A stretch of 64,000 nucleotides of DNA. Source: Minisyncoccota bacterium. GTDB lineage: Bacteria; Patescibacteriota; Minisyncoccia; Phycocordibacterales; Phycocordibacteraceae. The position numbers and the translations under genes were made by a program. How positions within the stretch are numbered: the first letter of the stretch is position 1; every line of letters begins with the position of its first letter. Positions 46,658 through 55,441 of this stretch are shown in pieces. The notes under the pieces were generated by a model. That model was given only the letters and a program-made list of their open reading frames with translations, was not told where the DNA came from and did no database searches. Location: positions 665,605 to 729,604 of the forward strand of contig DASPLI010000001.1 of the NCBI GenBank assembly GCA_035627655.1, given 5' to 3'.

Positions 46658-46999
46658 CTAAATAGTCGCGACAAAAAGCGCGAGCGCCATCGCAAGAAGC
46701 CCAATGTCTCGATACGTCGGCTTGAAGATGCCCACCACCAGAAGAACAGACAGAAGGTGAAGCGCTGCAAGCCCTGACACGACCGGCATAAAGAGGCCAG
46801 TTGCAAGCCACACACCAACCACAAGGTCGAAAATCGCAACCATCTTTATCGTAAGAACTGCGTCTGGGATCATGGCGCGGATCCAAGAGTTTCGGATGAG
46901 GTTCGCCCAGCCTTCTACGTCGCGGAAGATAAGAACGCCGGTCCAAAAGAACACGAACGCAAGACCGTACTGCACCAATGGGAATGCAAGCGTAATCAT
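46658..46999 (-). CDS. DoxX-family membrane protein.
   Basis: A 113-aa protein with 4 transmembrane helices and DoxX-like topology. Confidence 0.5.
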   Translation of the reverse strand: MITLAFPLVQYGLAFVFFWTGVLIFRDVEGWANLIRNSWIRAMIPDAVLTIKMVAIFDLVVGVWLATGLFMPVVSGLAALHLLSVLLVVGIFKPTYRDIGLLAMALALFVATI

Positions 47000-47003
47000 A
47001 TGG

Positions 47004-48230
47004 TTAGAGTGAGGTTCTCGTTACCCGATAAATCGCACCGGCACGGTCATCAGAAACGTAGAGCGTGCCGCCTGGCTCGATCAGGAGGCCGACGGGCCGC
47101 CCGATCGCATCGTCTTCTGAACCGCCAGCCGGAAGAAAGCCGGTAATGAAATCTATCGGTCCGGGCGTGGCAAGCGTACCTTGGTCCGTAAGATCGAAGC
47201 GGACCACCTTGTATCCCGTGGGTACAGAACGGTTCCAAGAGCCGTGATACGCGACCAAAAGATCATTCCCCATACCATCCGGCCATCCTTCCTCAGGAAC
47301 AAACACGAGGCCGAGCGCAGCTGAGTGTGCTTGTAGGTCGATATGCGACGGGACCGTGTCCGCGCAGGGATCGCGAATGTATTGGTTCTTGTCGAAATCC
47401 CGATCATGGATCCGCTGCCCGTAACAAATCGGCCAGCCATAATTTCCGCCCTCGCGAATGATATTGATCTCGTCTGGCGGGATATCGTCGCCGATGACGT
47501 CTCGCCCGTTTTCACTCGCCCACACTTCGCCAGTGACCGGGTTGGTTGCAAGAAAGACAGAGTTGCGAAGTCCGGTAGCAAAGGGAGTAAGCTGGCGAGT
47601 CTCAAGGTGTAGAGCTTGAATAGACGCGCGAAGCGGATTCTCTTCATTGCACACATTACACGACGAGCCAATGGAGATAAGCATGCGCTCCCCGTCTGGA
47701 TGCATCATGAGCGTTCGTGTGTAGTGACCGTCCCCTGTTGGAAAGGTCGCAAGCGTTACCGGATGGAGTGCGGTGAGATTCTCAGGATCGTATTCATATG
47801 ATTTCAGGACACCCGTCTCTGCAACATAGAGCGTGCAGGACGTTTCGGAGCAATCAAGCAAGAGTCCGTGCGGTTTATCCAACCGATCGAGTACAACAAC
47901 CGGACTCTCCGCAACGCCGTCGTTATTCTCGTCTTTAAGAGCAACGACTCTTCCCTGCGACGTCTCGGATACGAGAAGTGTGCCATTGAAATCTTTCACC
48001 ATGACGCGCGCGCCAGGCGTTTCTCGAGAGAAAATGGTGATCTGAAATCCTTCAGGAACAATCAAGGGCGCTTCGTTTCCAGACGGAAGCGGCGGAGGCG
48101 GCTCCGTCTTGGTGAGAAGGTCAATCAAGAACGCCGGCGGCTTATTCTTGAGAAAAGTGTAGCCAAAGTAGCCGCCGGCAACTACGAGAATAAGTACCAG
48201 AAGCGCGACGGCGGCTCGGCGCGAGGTCAT
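47004..48230 (-). CDS. Soluble PQQ-type glucose/sorbosone dehydrogenase-like beta-propeller protein with an N-terminal anchor.
   Basis: The start was reset to MTSRRAAVALLVLILV. The SGDH-like repeated propeller blades are present. Confidence 0.55.
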   Translation of the reverse strand: MTSRRAAVALLVLILVVAGGYFGYTFLKNKPPAFLIDLLTKTEPPPPLPSGNEAPLIVPEGFQITIFSRETPGARVMVKDFNGTLLVSETSQGRVVALKDENNDGVAESPVVVLDRLDKPHGLLLDCSETSCTLYVAETGVLKSYEYDPENLTALHPVTLATFPTGDGHYTRTLMMHPDGERMLISIGSSCNVCNEENPLRASIQALHLETRQLTPFATGLRNSVFLATNPVTGEVWASENGRDVIGDDIPPDEINIIREGGNYGWPICYGQRIHDRDFDKNQYIRDPCADTVPSHIDLQAHSAALGLVFVPEEGWPDGMGNDLLVAYHGSWNRSVPTGYKVVRFDLTDQGTLATPGPIDFITGFLPAGGSEDDAIGRPVGLLIEPGGTLYVSDDRAGAIYRVTRTSL

Positions 48231-48265
48231 AGCTCCAGAGTAGCGCATCCTCCCATGATAAACCG

Positions 48266-48874
48266 GTGAAGGGGTACTATGGGAGTATGGATCTCTTCCG
48301 CAAGCTCTCAACGCCTGAAAAAATACAGGACTTTCTTGATGCGATGCCCATCAACCACGAACATGGTGGCGAAACCTGCACAAGTCCGGCGCATACCCTT
48401 GAACGTAAGACGGCACATTGTCTTGAAGGAGCACTGCTTGCGGCGGCGGCGCTCTGGTCGCATGGACACGAGCCGCTGTTACTCAACCTGAAGTCGTCTC
48501 CGGGAGACGATGATCACGCAGTCGCGCTCTTCCGACGGAATGGACGCTGGGGTGCTATATCAAAGACGAATCATGCGGTGTTACGCTATCGCGATCCCAT
48601 CTATGCGACACCGCGCGAACTCGCACTCTCCTATTTCCACGAGTATTTCCTCAATACAACAGGAAAGAAAACCCTCCTTGCCTATTCCAAGCCATTCAAT
48701 CTGAAACGCTTCGGGAAGAAATGGATTACTGCAGACACGAATCTTTGGGACATTGCCTATGCCCTGCGCAAAAGTCCGCATACCCTGATCGTACCGACGA
48801 AAGATCGTCGCCGACTGCGTCCTGCAAGCGCCATTGAACGGAAGGCTGGCTCACTGGTTGAGTGGCGGCCGTAA
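48266..48874 (+). CDS. Hypothetical protein with a possible papain/transglutaminase-like Cys...His arrangement.
   Basis: TAHCLEGALLAAAAL (a Cys at the start of a helix) is followed by DDDHAVALF. No family could be assigned. The likely start is MDLFRKL at 48287. Confidence 0.35.
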   Translation: MKGYYGSMDLFRKLSTPEKIQDFLDAMPINHEHGGETCTSPAHTLERKTAHCLEGALLAAAALWSHGHEPLLLNLKSSPGDDDHAVALFRRNGRWGAISKTNHAVLRYRDPIYATPRELALSYFHEYFLNTTGKKTLLAYSKPFNLKRFGKKWITADTNLWDIAYALRKSPHTLIVPTKDRRRLRPASAIERKAGSLVEWRP

Positions 48875-48911
48875 ACAATTTCTTGTAGGGTACGAAGTGG
48901 AGGTACTCTAC

Positions 48912-49460
48912 ATGAAAGTCATACTTCCCAAGACTCGGGTCGACCCCGAGCTCTACCGGCACAAGAAGCTCTTTTTCTTGGCCGGACCGGTCCGTGGCGG
49001 TGGCGATTGGCAGCAACACATGTGCAAGGAGCTCGACCAGCTTCTTGTCGATTACGTCGTTGCTATTCCACAGCGCTACTCGGACGATCATCCGCTGCAG
49101 CAATATCGACTGTCTGGCGATGAGAACGGATTCTCTCGTCAACTCGACTGGGAATCGTTCTACCTTGATGAGGCATCGCGAAGCGGCGGCGTGGTGTTCT
49201 GGCTCGGCTTTGAAAATGCCGAGTCACCGCATCCAGGACCTGAACCCTACGCGATGGATACCCGTGGCGAACTTGGCGAGTGGCGAACCCACAAGCAGTA
49301 CCGCCCGGATGTTCGCCTCTTTATCGGAGCGGACGAGCGCTTCTACGGCCTCAGCCAGATAGAGCGCAATTGCAAGCGGCAGATCGGCCCGGATTTCCGG
49401 ATCTATCCGTCCATGCGCGAACTTGCGCATGCGGCGGCCGGGTACGGAGCGGTCCGATAG
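48912..49460 (+). CDS. Nucleoside 2-deoxyribosyltransferase / DNPH1(Rcl)-like protein.
   Basis: LFFLAGPVRGGGD resembles the Rcl motif FCGSIRGG, and AMDTRGELGEW resembles the GxxELG motif. A terminator lies at 49471..49497. Confidence 0.5.
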   Translation: MKVILPKTRVDPELYRHKKLFFLAGPVRGGGDWQQHMCKELDQLLVDYVVAIPQRYSDDHPLQQYRLSGDENGFSRQLDWESFYLDEASRSGGVVFWLGFENAESPHPGPEPYAMDTRGELGEWRTHKQYRPDVRLFIGADERFYGLSQIERNCKRQIGPDFRIYPSMRELAHAAAGYGAVR

Positions 49461-49522
49461 GACAGACGCGGCTGGAATCAAGCGATTCCAGCCGCTTTCT
49501 ATATCTGTGCTAGGATGCCGCC

Positions 49523-50383
49523 ATGGCCAACATGAAGATCCTCTGGGCAGTTGTCGGTATAAGTATTGTACTCTTTGCCCTCGGCGCATTCTTCTACGTA
49601 CGCACCACCACCGCACTCACGCAGAAGCTCGATACGGCTACAAATGAACTATCGGAAACCGCCGCCTCGCTTGCGGAGGCCGAACGTCAGAATGAGGAGC
49701 TGACCGCAGCCCTCAACGCTGAACGCGAGCGCAACGACGCCTTTGCAAACCAAATCGATGAGATCACAGGAACTGTCGGACGGCTCGATAAGCTCTCGCG
49801 TACTGACCCGGAACTCCTTCAGAAATATTCGCGTGTGTACTTCCTCAACGAAAACTATGCTCCGGCTGATCTCTACCCGGTTCCGCAGAACTACTGGTTC
49901 CAGGAAGGCAAAGACGAAGAGATTCTCACTGGCATTGCGCCGCATCTCATCGACCTGCTTGAGGCCGCTACAGAGGACGGCATCGATCTCTTGGTCGCCT
50001 CTTCCTACCGTTCCTTTGAGCGACAAGGAGAGCTCAAGAACAGCTACGTTGTGCGGTATGGGACTGGCGCAAATGCCTTTTCCGCAGAACAGGGGTACTC
50101 GGAACACCAGCTTGGAACGACCGTCGACTTCACGACCCGAGAAGTCGGCGGCACGTTTGCCGGCTTTGATCAGACTGAGGCCTATGAATGGCTTGCGGAA
50201 AACGCCTATAAGTATGGATTCGTACTCTCCTATCCGAAGGGCAATACGTACTATCAGTACGAGCCGTGGCACTGGCGCTTTGTCGGCCGCGAACTTGCCC
50301 GGGATTTGCATCGGGACGAGAAATTCTTTTACGACCTGGATCAGCGGGAAATCGACACCTACCTGGTCAACTTCTATGACTAA
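49523..50383 (+). CDS. Membrane-anchored D-alanyl-D-alanine carboxypeptidase of the VanY/M15B family.
   Basis: A transmembrane segment and coiled coil are followed by SSYRSFERQ, HQLGTTVDF and EPWHWRF motifs. Confidence 0.75.
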   Translation: MANMKILWAVVGISIVLFALGAFFYVRTTTALTQKLDTATNELSETAASLAEAERQNEELTAALNAERERNDAFANQIDEITGTVGRLDKLSRTDPELLQKYSRVYFLNENYAPADLYPVPQNYWFQEGKDEEILTGIAPHLIDLLEAATEDGIDLLVASSYRSFERQGELKNSYVVRYGTGANAFSAEQGYSEHQLGTTVDFTTREVGGTFAGFDQTEAYEWLAENAYKYGFVLSYPKGNTYYQYEPWHWRFVGRELARDLHRDEKFFYDLDQREIDTYLVNFYD

Positions 50384-50430
50384 CAACAACGCCCCGGATA
50401 GCCGGGGCGTTGTTCTTTCACGAGAATAGA

Positions 50431-51099
50431 TTAGCGAAGGGCGAGAGCGTTTCCTTCAACGAGCTTGCGCAGTTCCTCCTGGGTTTCTGGGAGGTCAGCG
50501 ATATCAAGCTTGCCGAGCACTCGAATCTTGACCCCGGAACATACGCCAAGGGCGATACTCGGGTTTACCTCCTTCCCAGAGACCGTGACGGTATCTGCCT
50601 CATTGAGGAGGACGTCGATCTGAGCGCGCTTACGGCTGTGCATACTGTCTGCAACGACGCGGTAGCCAATAAGGTGCTCGACGGCCCCATAGCCACAGGA
50701 AGCGGTATCAGAAGCATCCCGAGAGAGTTCGATGACCGTTCCGTACGGAAGGGCTGCCGCAAGGTCGATAGAGCGAGCGGCAATAATCTCCGGGTTCGTG
50801 CGGACACCAGAAGCGGTCACGGTCGGGTTATGGTCCGTCTGCTCAGGCACGGCGTTATACGACGTGAGCTTCACGGTATATACCTCCTCCTCCGTGGGAC
50901 GGATAAGGGTAGGCGCCTCAGCGACTGCAAGCGTGGTCGTAGCGACCTCAGCTGCAATCACCGATGCGGCGGTCTCAGGCGGAGCCACGGGGCCCGCTGA
51001 GAACGCGAGAAAGCCCATGAGGGCTATCGTTAGTGCTGGCATAAATGAAAAAACGGCTCTCGCCGTCTTGTGCGTGTAGCTTAGCATTTTGAGATTCAA
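50431..51099 (-). CDS. 3D-domain cell-wall protein (MltA-like C-terminal domain).
   Basis: An N-terminal transmembrane or signal segment is followed by LPYGTVIEL and the three conserved Asp of a 3D domain. Confidence 0.55.
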   Translation of the reverse strand: MNLKMLSYTHKTARAVFSFMPALTIALMGFLAFSAGPVAPPETAASVIAAEVATTTLAVAEAPTLIRPTEEEVYTVKLTSYNAVPEQTDHNPTVTASGVRTNPEIIAARSIDLAAALPYGTVIELSRDASDTASCGYGAVEHLIGYRVVADSMHSRKRAQIDVLLNEADTVTVSGKEVNPSIALGVCSGVKIRVLGKLDIADLPETQEELRKLVEGNALALR

Positions 51100-51289
51100 A
51101 AGTCAATGGCTGTGACATATAAAAATGAATTGTCAATGCTTATTTCCTAAAATACCGAGTAAATAAGCCATATTTTCAAAATGTCGATTATGAAGCTCGA
51201 TTATGAGCCAAACTTCATGATCCTTCCATGTATTTCCCTCTACTCTCAGCTCTGTATACTCGCTATATGATCAAGAACCGCGCGCTCCT

Positions 51290-53338
51290 ATGACCATTTT
51301 TGGTCTCCGACTCTTCCACCCCCTCACGAAACGCCAGTGGCGAGCAGCCATTCTCCTATTTATCGCCTACGTAGCCGCAATGCGGGTTTCCGCAGCACTC
51401 TTTTCAGCTCCTGGGATTATCTTCCCTGCTTCCGGCATAGCTCTTGCCGGCCTCTATCTGGAAGGGTTCGCGCTGTGGCCAGTTGTCTTTATTGCCTCTT
51501 TGGTTGGATACGTTCTCTCCGGCTCCTCCCCAGTCTATATGCTTTTGCTTCCGCTTGCGCACACCCTGCAGGCAATTGCTGGCGCTTGGATGCTCCGGCG
51601 GCTCGGCATAGACCCACTCTTCCGGCGCATGAAGGACATGCTGGCGATGATAAGCGTATCGTTCGTCGCCTCCCTTATTGTTCCAACAATTGGGACGATA
51701 GCCCGGCACCTCAATTCCTTCATCTATAACACCCCCCTTTCAAGCGTCACGTGGTCGTCTTGGTACGTCGCAACCGTGTTCAGCCTCCTTATCATCTCGC
51801 CATTTCTGATCCGCTGGTTTATTAAGCCTCGATTCTCTAGAAACAAGTTCCAGGTGCTTGAGGTCCTCTCAGCGTTCGGCCTTCTCCTTCTCCTCTCTTA
51901 TTTCCTCTTTATCACCCCCTATACGTCGCTTGCCGGCATTTCGCTTGTCTACCTACTCCTTATCCCGCTTTTTTGGATCGCGCTCCGGCTTCGTCCACGC
52001 TTTACGACGCTCGCTCTTATCCTTCTCTCCTGCTTTGCCTTCGCCGGCATCTTTCTTGGTGCAAACGCACCAGACCCAGCCGAGTATGGTCAACGCCTCT
52101 TTCAGACAGAGATTTTCCTAACCATTATCGCTGCAATCTTCTTTATTCTGACTTCGCTTGAGGAGGATCGTCGAATGACGACGAATCTTATGCGCTCGCA
52201 AGTCTCAACGCTCCAAAACGCTCTTGAGCGCGTTGCCTCCCAAGACAAAGCCAAAAGCGAGTTCATCGCCATGCTTGCGCACGAGCTTCGAAACCCGCTC
52301 GCCCCTATTGCAAGCTCGATTGATCTCTTGCGTCTCAAAAGCCCGAAAGATCAGGAACAGATTGAGCTTCTGAATTTGATGGATAACCGTATGCATACCA
52401 TCAAGCGTCTTCTCGATGACCTGCTTGATGTATCGCGTATCGGCGAAAACAAGCTCGTACTTGAAAAAGAGCAGATTGAGGTGTCTACCGTGGTGCGGCG
52501 AGCTGCAGCCTCGGCCGAACCGTACTTCCAGCAGCGCAACCAGAATCTGGTACTCGAGATGCCGGGAACCGAGTTTGTGATCGAAGCAGACCCGGTTCGC
52601 ATTGAACAGGTCATCACCAACCTGCTTACCAACGCCTCAAAGTTCTCTAACCCGCGAGACGAAATCCGGCTGACCGTGCGTCAGTCCGGCGACATGGTTG
52701 AAATCACCGTTTCCGACCGCGGTGTCGGTATCGATGAGGACATGCTTGGACGAATCTTTGAACCGTTCTTGCAGGTAGAACTTGGTAAACGCACCCGCCA
52801 GGGCCTTGGCATCGGACTTGCCTTGGTTCGAAACCTTACGGAGATGCACGGCGGAAGCGTACGTGTAAAGAGCGCAGGCAAAGGCCGCGGCAGTCAATTT
52901 ACGGTGCTGCTCCCATTAGTATCTAAAACACCAAAACGTATGCGTGAACCAGAAGAACGAGTTACCCCTAACCGGGCACCAAACGGCTTTCGAGTACTTG
53001 TAGTTGACGACAACGACAGCGCCGCATGGAGTATTGGTCGAGTGTTGGAACTTCAGGGGTACCAGATTGACTACGCATATGACGGTGAGCGCGCACTGGA
53101 GAAAGCGCAGGGCTTCAAGCCACATGCAGTCCTTCTTGATATTGGACTACCAGACATGGATGGCTATGAAGTTGGGAAAGCGCTGCGCGGGCAAGGATTT
53201 TCAGGACGTTTGATTGCTCTCTCCGGATACAGCGTTGCCGATGACGCGACGCGCGGAAAGGCAGCCGGTTTTGACTCTTACCTCATTAAGCCGGCCAGCA
53301 TGTCTGATCTTACGCGCGTACTTGAAGGACTTGCCTAA
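51290..53338 (+). CDS. Hybrid sensor histidine kinase with MASE1-like membrane domain, HisKA, HATPase_c and receiver; a paralog of the kinase at 37726..39804.
   Basis: The architecture is identical to the first kinase: H-box FIAMLAHELRNPL, G-boxes, and a receiver with the conserved Asp in VLLDIGLPDMDG. Confidence 0.85.
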   Translation: MTIFGLRLFHPLTKRQWRAAILLFIAYVAAMRVSAALFSAPGIIFPASGIALAGLYLEGFALWPVVFIASLVGYVLSGSSPVYMLLLPLAHTLQAIAGAWMLRRLGIDPLFRRMKDMLAMISVSFVASLIVPTIGTIARHLNSFIYNTPLSSVTWSSWYVATVFSLLIISPFLIRWFIKPRFSRNKFQVLEVLSAFGLLLLLSYFLFITPYTSLAGISLVYLLLIPLFWIALRLRPRFTTLALILLSCFAFAGIFLGANAPDPAEYGQRLFQTEIFLTIIAAIFFILTSLEEDRRMTTNLMRSQVSTLQNALERVASQDKAKSEFIAMLAHELRNPLAPIASSIDLLRLKSPKDQEQIELLNLMDNRMHTIKRLLDDLLDVSRIGENKLVLEKEQIEVSTVVRRAAASAEPYFQQRNQNLVLEMPGTEFVIEADPVRIEQVITNLLTNASKFSNPRDEIRLTVRQSGDMVEITVSDRGVGIDEDMLGRIFEPFLQVELGKRTRQGLGIGLALVRNLTEMHGGSVRVKSAGKGRGSQFTVLLPLVSKTPKRMREPEERVTPNRAPNGFRVLVVDDNDSAAWSIGRVLELQGYQIDYAYDGERALEKAQGFKPHAVLLDIGLPDMDGYEVGKALRGQGFSGRLIALSGYSVADDATRGKAAGFDSYLIKPASMSDLTRVLEGLA

Positions 53339-53775
53339 GCTCTGCCGTATCGCTGATCGATCGCTTTGAGCTCCTTCTTATCCTTGAGTACCGCTTCGGC
53401 AATAAGATCAACCTTTTCTTCGAGCCGGTCACTTCCCTCTTTGGACTGCGGAGATCCAAGAAAGAGGAGGAACGCAAGTCCGGCCACCTGCCAGATCAGC
53501 TGGAGGAATTCAGATTGCCAGTTCTCAAGCGTATCCCGCAACATTTGAAGCGTATAACCCGTCACCTCTGGAAGTTCACCATGCATCTGGCTTTCGTCTA
53601 CGTATACATACCAACCAAAAACCCAGTGACCGATAAGGGAGCCAATAAAGAGAGCGAGTGTTGCCCAGAGATAGCCATATCGAATAAAGATTGAGCGTTT
53701 GTGTAGTGATTGCATCAGCTCCTTGTATAGAAAACAGCCTGAATCCTTGGTGAATGGGCATGAAGGCTTCTTCAT
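53335..53775 (-). CDS. Hypothetical membrane protein of 146 aa.
   Basis: Two transmembrane helices are followed by a coiled-coil tail. Confidence 0.4.
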   Translation of the reverse strand: MKKPSCPFTKDSGCFLYKELMQSLHKRSIFIRYGYLWATLALFIGSLIGHWVFGWYVYVDESQMHGELPEVTGYTLQMLRDTLENWQSEFLQLIWQVAGLAFLLFLGSPQSKEGSDRLEEKVDLIAEAVLKDKKELKAIDQRYGRA

Positions 53776-53871
53776 CTAATCTTCCCAGAACTATTGTTAT
53801 CTATACAGGTATGTTCCCGGGTACGCGGGACGCTACGTTATCCGCCACTAACGTCAGTATCATGCACTTAT

Positions 53872-53903
53872 GCAAAAAACCCCGCTGCGGCGGGGTTTTT
53901 GCG
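53872..53903. terminator. Rho-independent terminator downstream of nrdB.
   Basis: aaaaaaCCCCGC-tgcg-GCGGGGttttt. Confidence 0.7.
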
Positions 53904-53912
53904 TTCTAGACC

Positions 53913-54947
53913 TTACCAGGAAAGCTGGCCGCCCGTCTTGTACTCCGTAACGCGCGTTTCGAAGAAATTCTTCTCCTTGTTAAGGTCCACTGCCTCACTC
54001 ATCCAGGTAAACGGATTGGAGACGTTGAACTGAGCTGGGAGACCGACGCGCTCGAGGCGGCGATCCGCAATGTGCTCGATGTACTGTTTGAAACCCGCGG
54101 CGTTCATGCCGAAGATGCCGCGCGGGAATACTTCGGTTGCAAACGTGTACTCAAGCACGACCGCCCGTCGAACAAGGTCAACTATGTGGTCCTGGAAGGA
54201 CTTCGTCCACACCTCCGGCTGTTCCTCCTTGATCGCATTGATCATATTGATGCCGAAGTTTAGGTGCTGCGACTCGTCGCGCATGATGTACTGAATCTGC
54301 TCTGCCGAACCCGTAAGTTTATTCTGGCGCTGGAAGCCGAACATAACGGCAAACGACGAATAGAAGAAGATACCTTCGAGAATCAGCGAGAACACGCACA
54401 GGTTCTCAAGAAACTTCTGGTCATTCTCAAGCGTACCCGTCTTGAAGCTCGGATCGAAGATGCCTTCGTTCAAGCCGAGTACCATATTGTCTTTCTGATA
54501 GATCGCATCAATCTCGCGATACATGTTGAAGATACGACTCTCGTCCATAGAGAGCGATTCCACGATGTACTGATACGCGTGTGTATGGATCGCCTCTTCA
54601 TAGCCCTGGCGAAGAAGATACATACGGCACTCAGGACTCGTAATGTGCTTGTAGAGGGCAAGCACCACGTTATTTGCGGCAATGGAATCTGCGGTCGTGA
54701 AGAAGCCGAGCACCGTTTCAAATGCTTTGCGTTCGTCTGCGGAGAGCACGTCTGGCGCGCGCCACTGCTCAATGTCGCGCTGCATGGAGATTTCAGTCGG
54801 CAGCCAGTGGTTGGCGTTTCCGGCCATGTACGCCTCCCACGCAAATTTATGGCGCATGGGATACAGCTGCATGACGTCAGCGTCCGCGCCATTAATAATT
54901 CGGCGCTTATTGATATCAACGACACTTGCTCCCTTGTTGATCGGCAT
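53913..54947 (-). CDS. nrdB: Ribonucleotide reductase class I beta subunit (ferritin-like).
   Basis: Start reset to internal Met (MPINKG...); di-iron ligand ExxH pairs (LILEGIFFYSSF and MRDESQH-like regions) and the tyrosyl-radical site are present. Confidence 0.8.
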   Translation of the reverse strand: MPINKGASVVDINKRRIINGADADVMQLYPMRHKFAWEAYMAGNANHWLPTEISMQRDIEQWRAPDVLSADERKAFETVLGFFTTADSIAANNVVLALYKHITSPECRMYLLRQGYEEAIHTHAYQYIVESLSMDESRIFNMYREIDAIYQKDNMVLGLNEGIFDPSFKTGTLENDQKFLENLCVFSLILEGIFFYSSFAVMFGFQRQNKLTGSAEQIQYIMRDESQHLNFGINMINAIKEEQPEVWTKSFQDHIVDLVRRAVVLEYTFATEVFPRGIFGMNAAGFKQYIEHIADRRLERVGLPAQFNVSNPFTWMSEAVDLNKEKNFFETRVTEYKTGGQLSW

Positions 54948-55216
54948 ACGCGGTAAATAAATTAGTGATAATTCGAGTTCGTAACGCTCGGTAGTGGTTA
55001 GGTCATTTTCACCCCTTTCGGCAGGTGGAGCAACATGTGGAGAACATGCATTAGGACACGTTTCCAAACGAAAAAATAACCTTGTATTTTCTTGCTCTTT
55101 TAGCGTACGTACCTACACCATATCAAACAAAAAGGATCCATTGACACATATATAAATTATAGTTATTATATTTTCGACCCATTTCGCGGGTCGCTCTTTC
55201 ATGGAGAGTGCGCGAT

Positions 55217-55384
55217 ATGATGCTCGACCCAACCAGCATGATGCTGCTTGAGCTCTTTCCGTGGCTTAAACCCGTGTGCGCCGCCCTTGCGGTTGCGTTC
55301 GTGGGATACAGCCTAGAACAGATGCCCGAGCCCGTGCTGCAAGACGAATCGGCATATGACGAGGACGACTTCCCGTCCCTCTGA
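55217..55384 (+). CDS. Possible small membrane protein of 55 aa, antisense to the nrdA-nrdB intergenic region.
   Basis: A TTGACA, 17-nt spacer, TATTAT promoter lies at about 55143-55171, and a GGAGAG ribosome-binding site is present. There is one transmembrane helix and an acidic tail. Confidence 0.3.
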   Translation: MMLDPTSMMLLELFPWLKPVCAALAVAFVGYSLEQMPEPVLQDESAYDEDDFPSL

Positions 55385-55441
55385 TAGCGCAGAAGGCCGC
55401 CCATACTCAGGGCGGCCTTCTTAGTTTCTATACGAAGCGGA

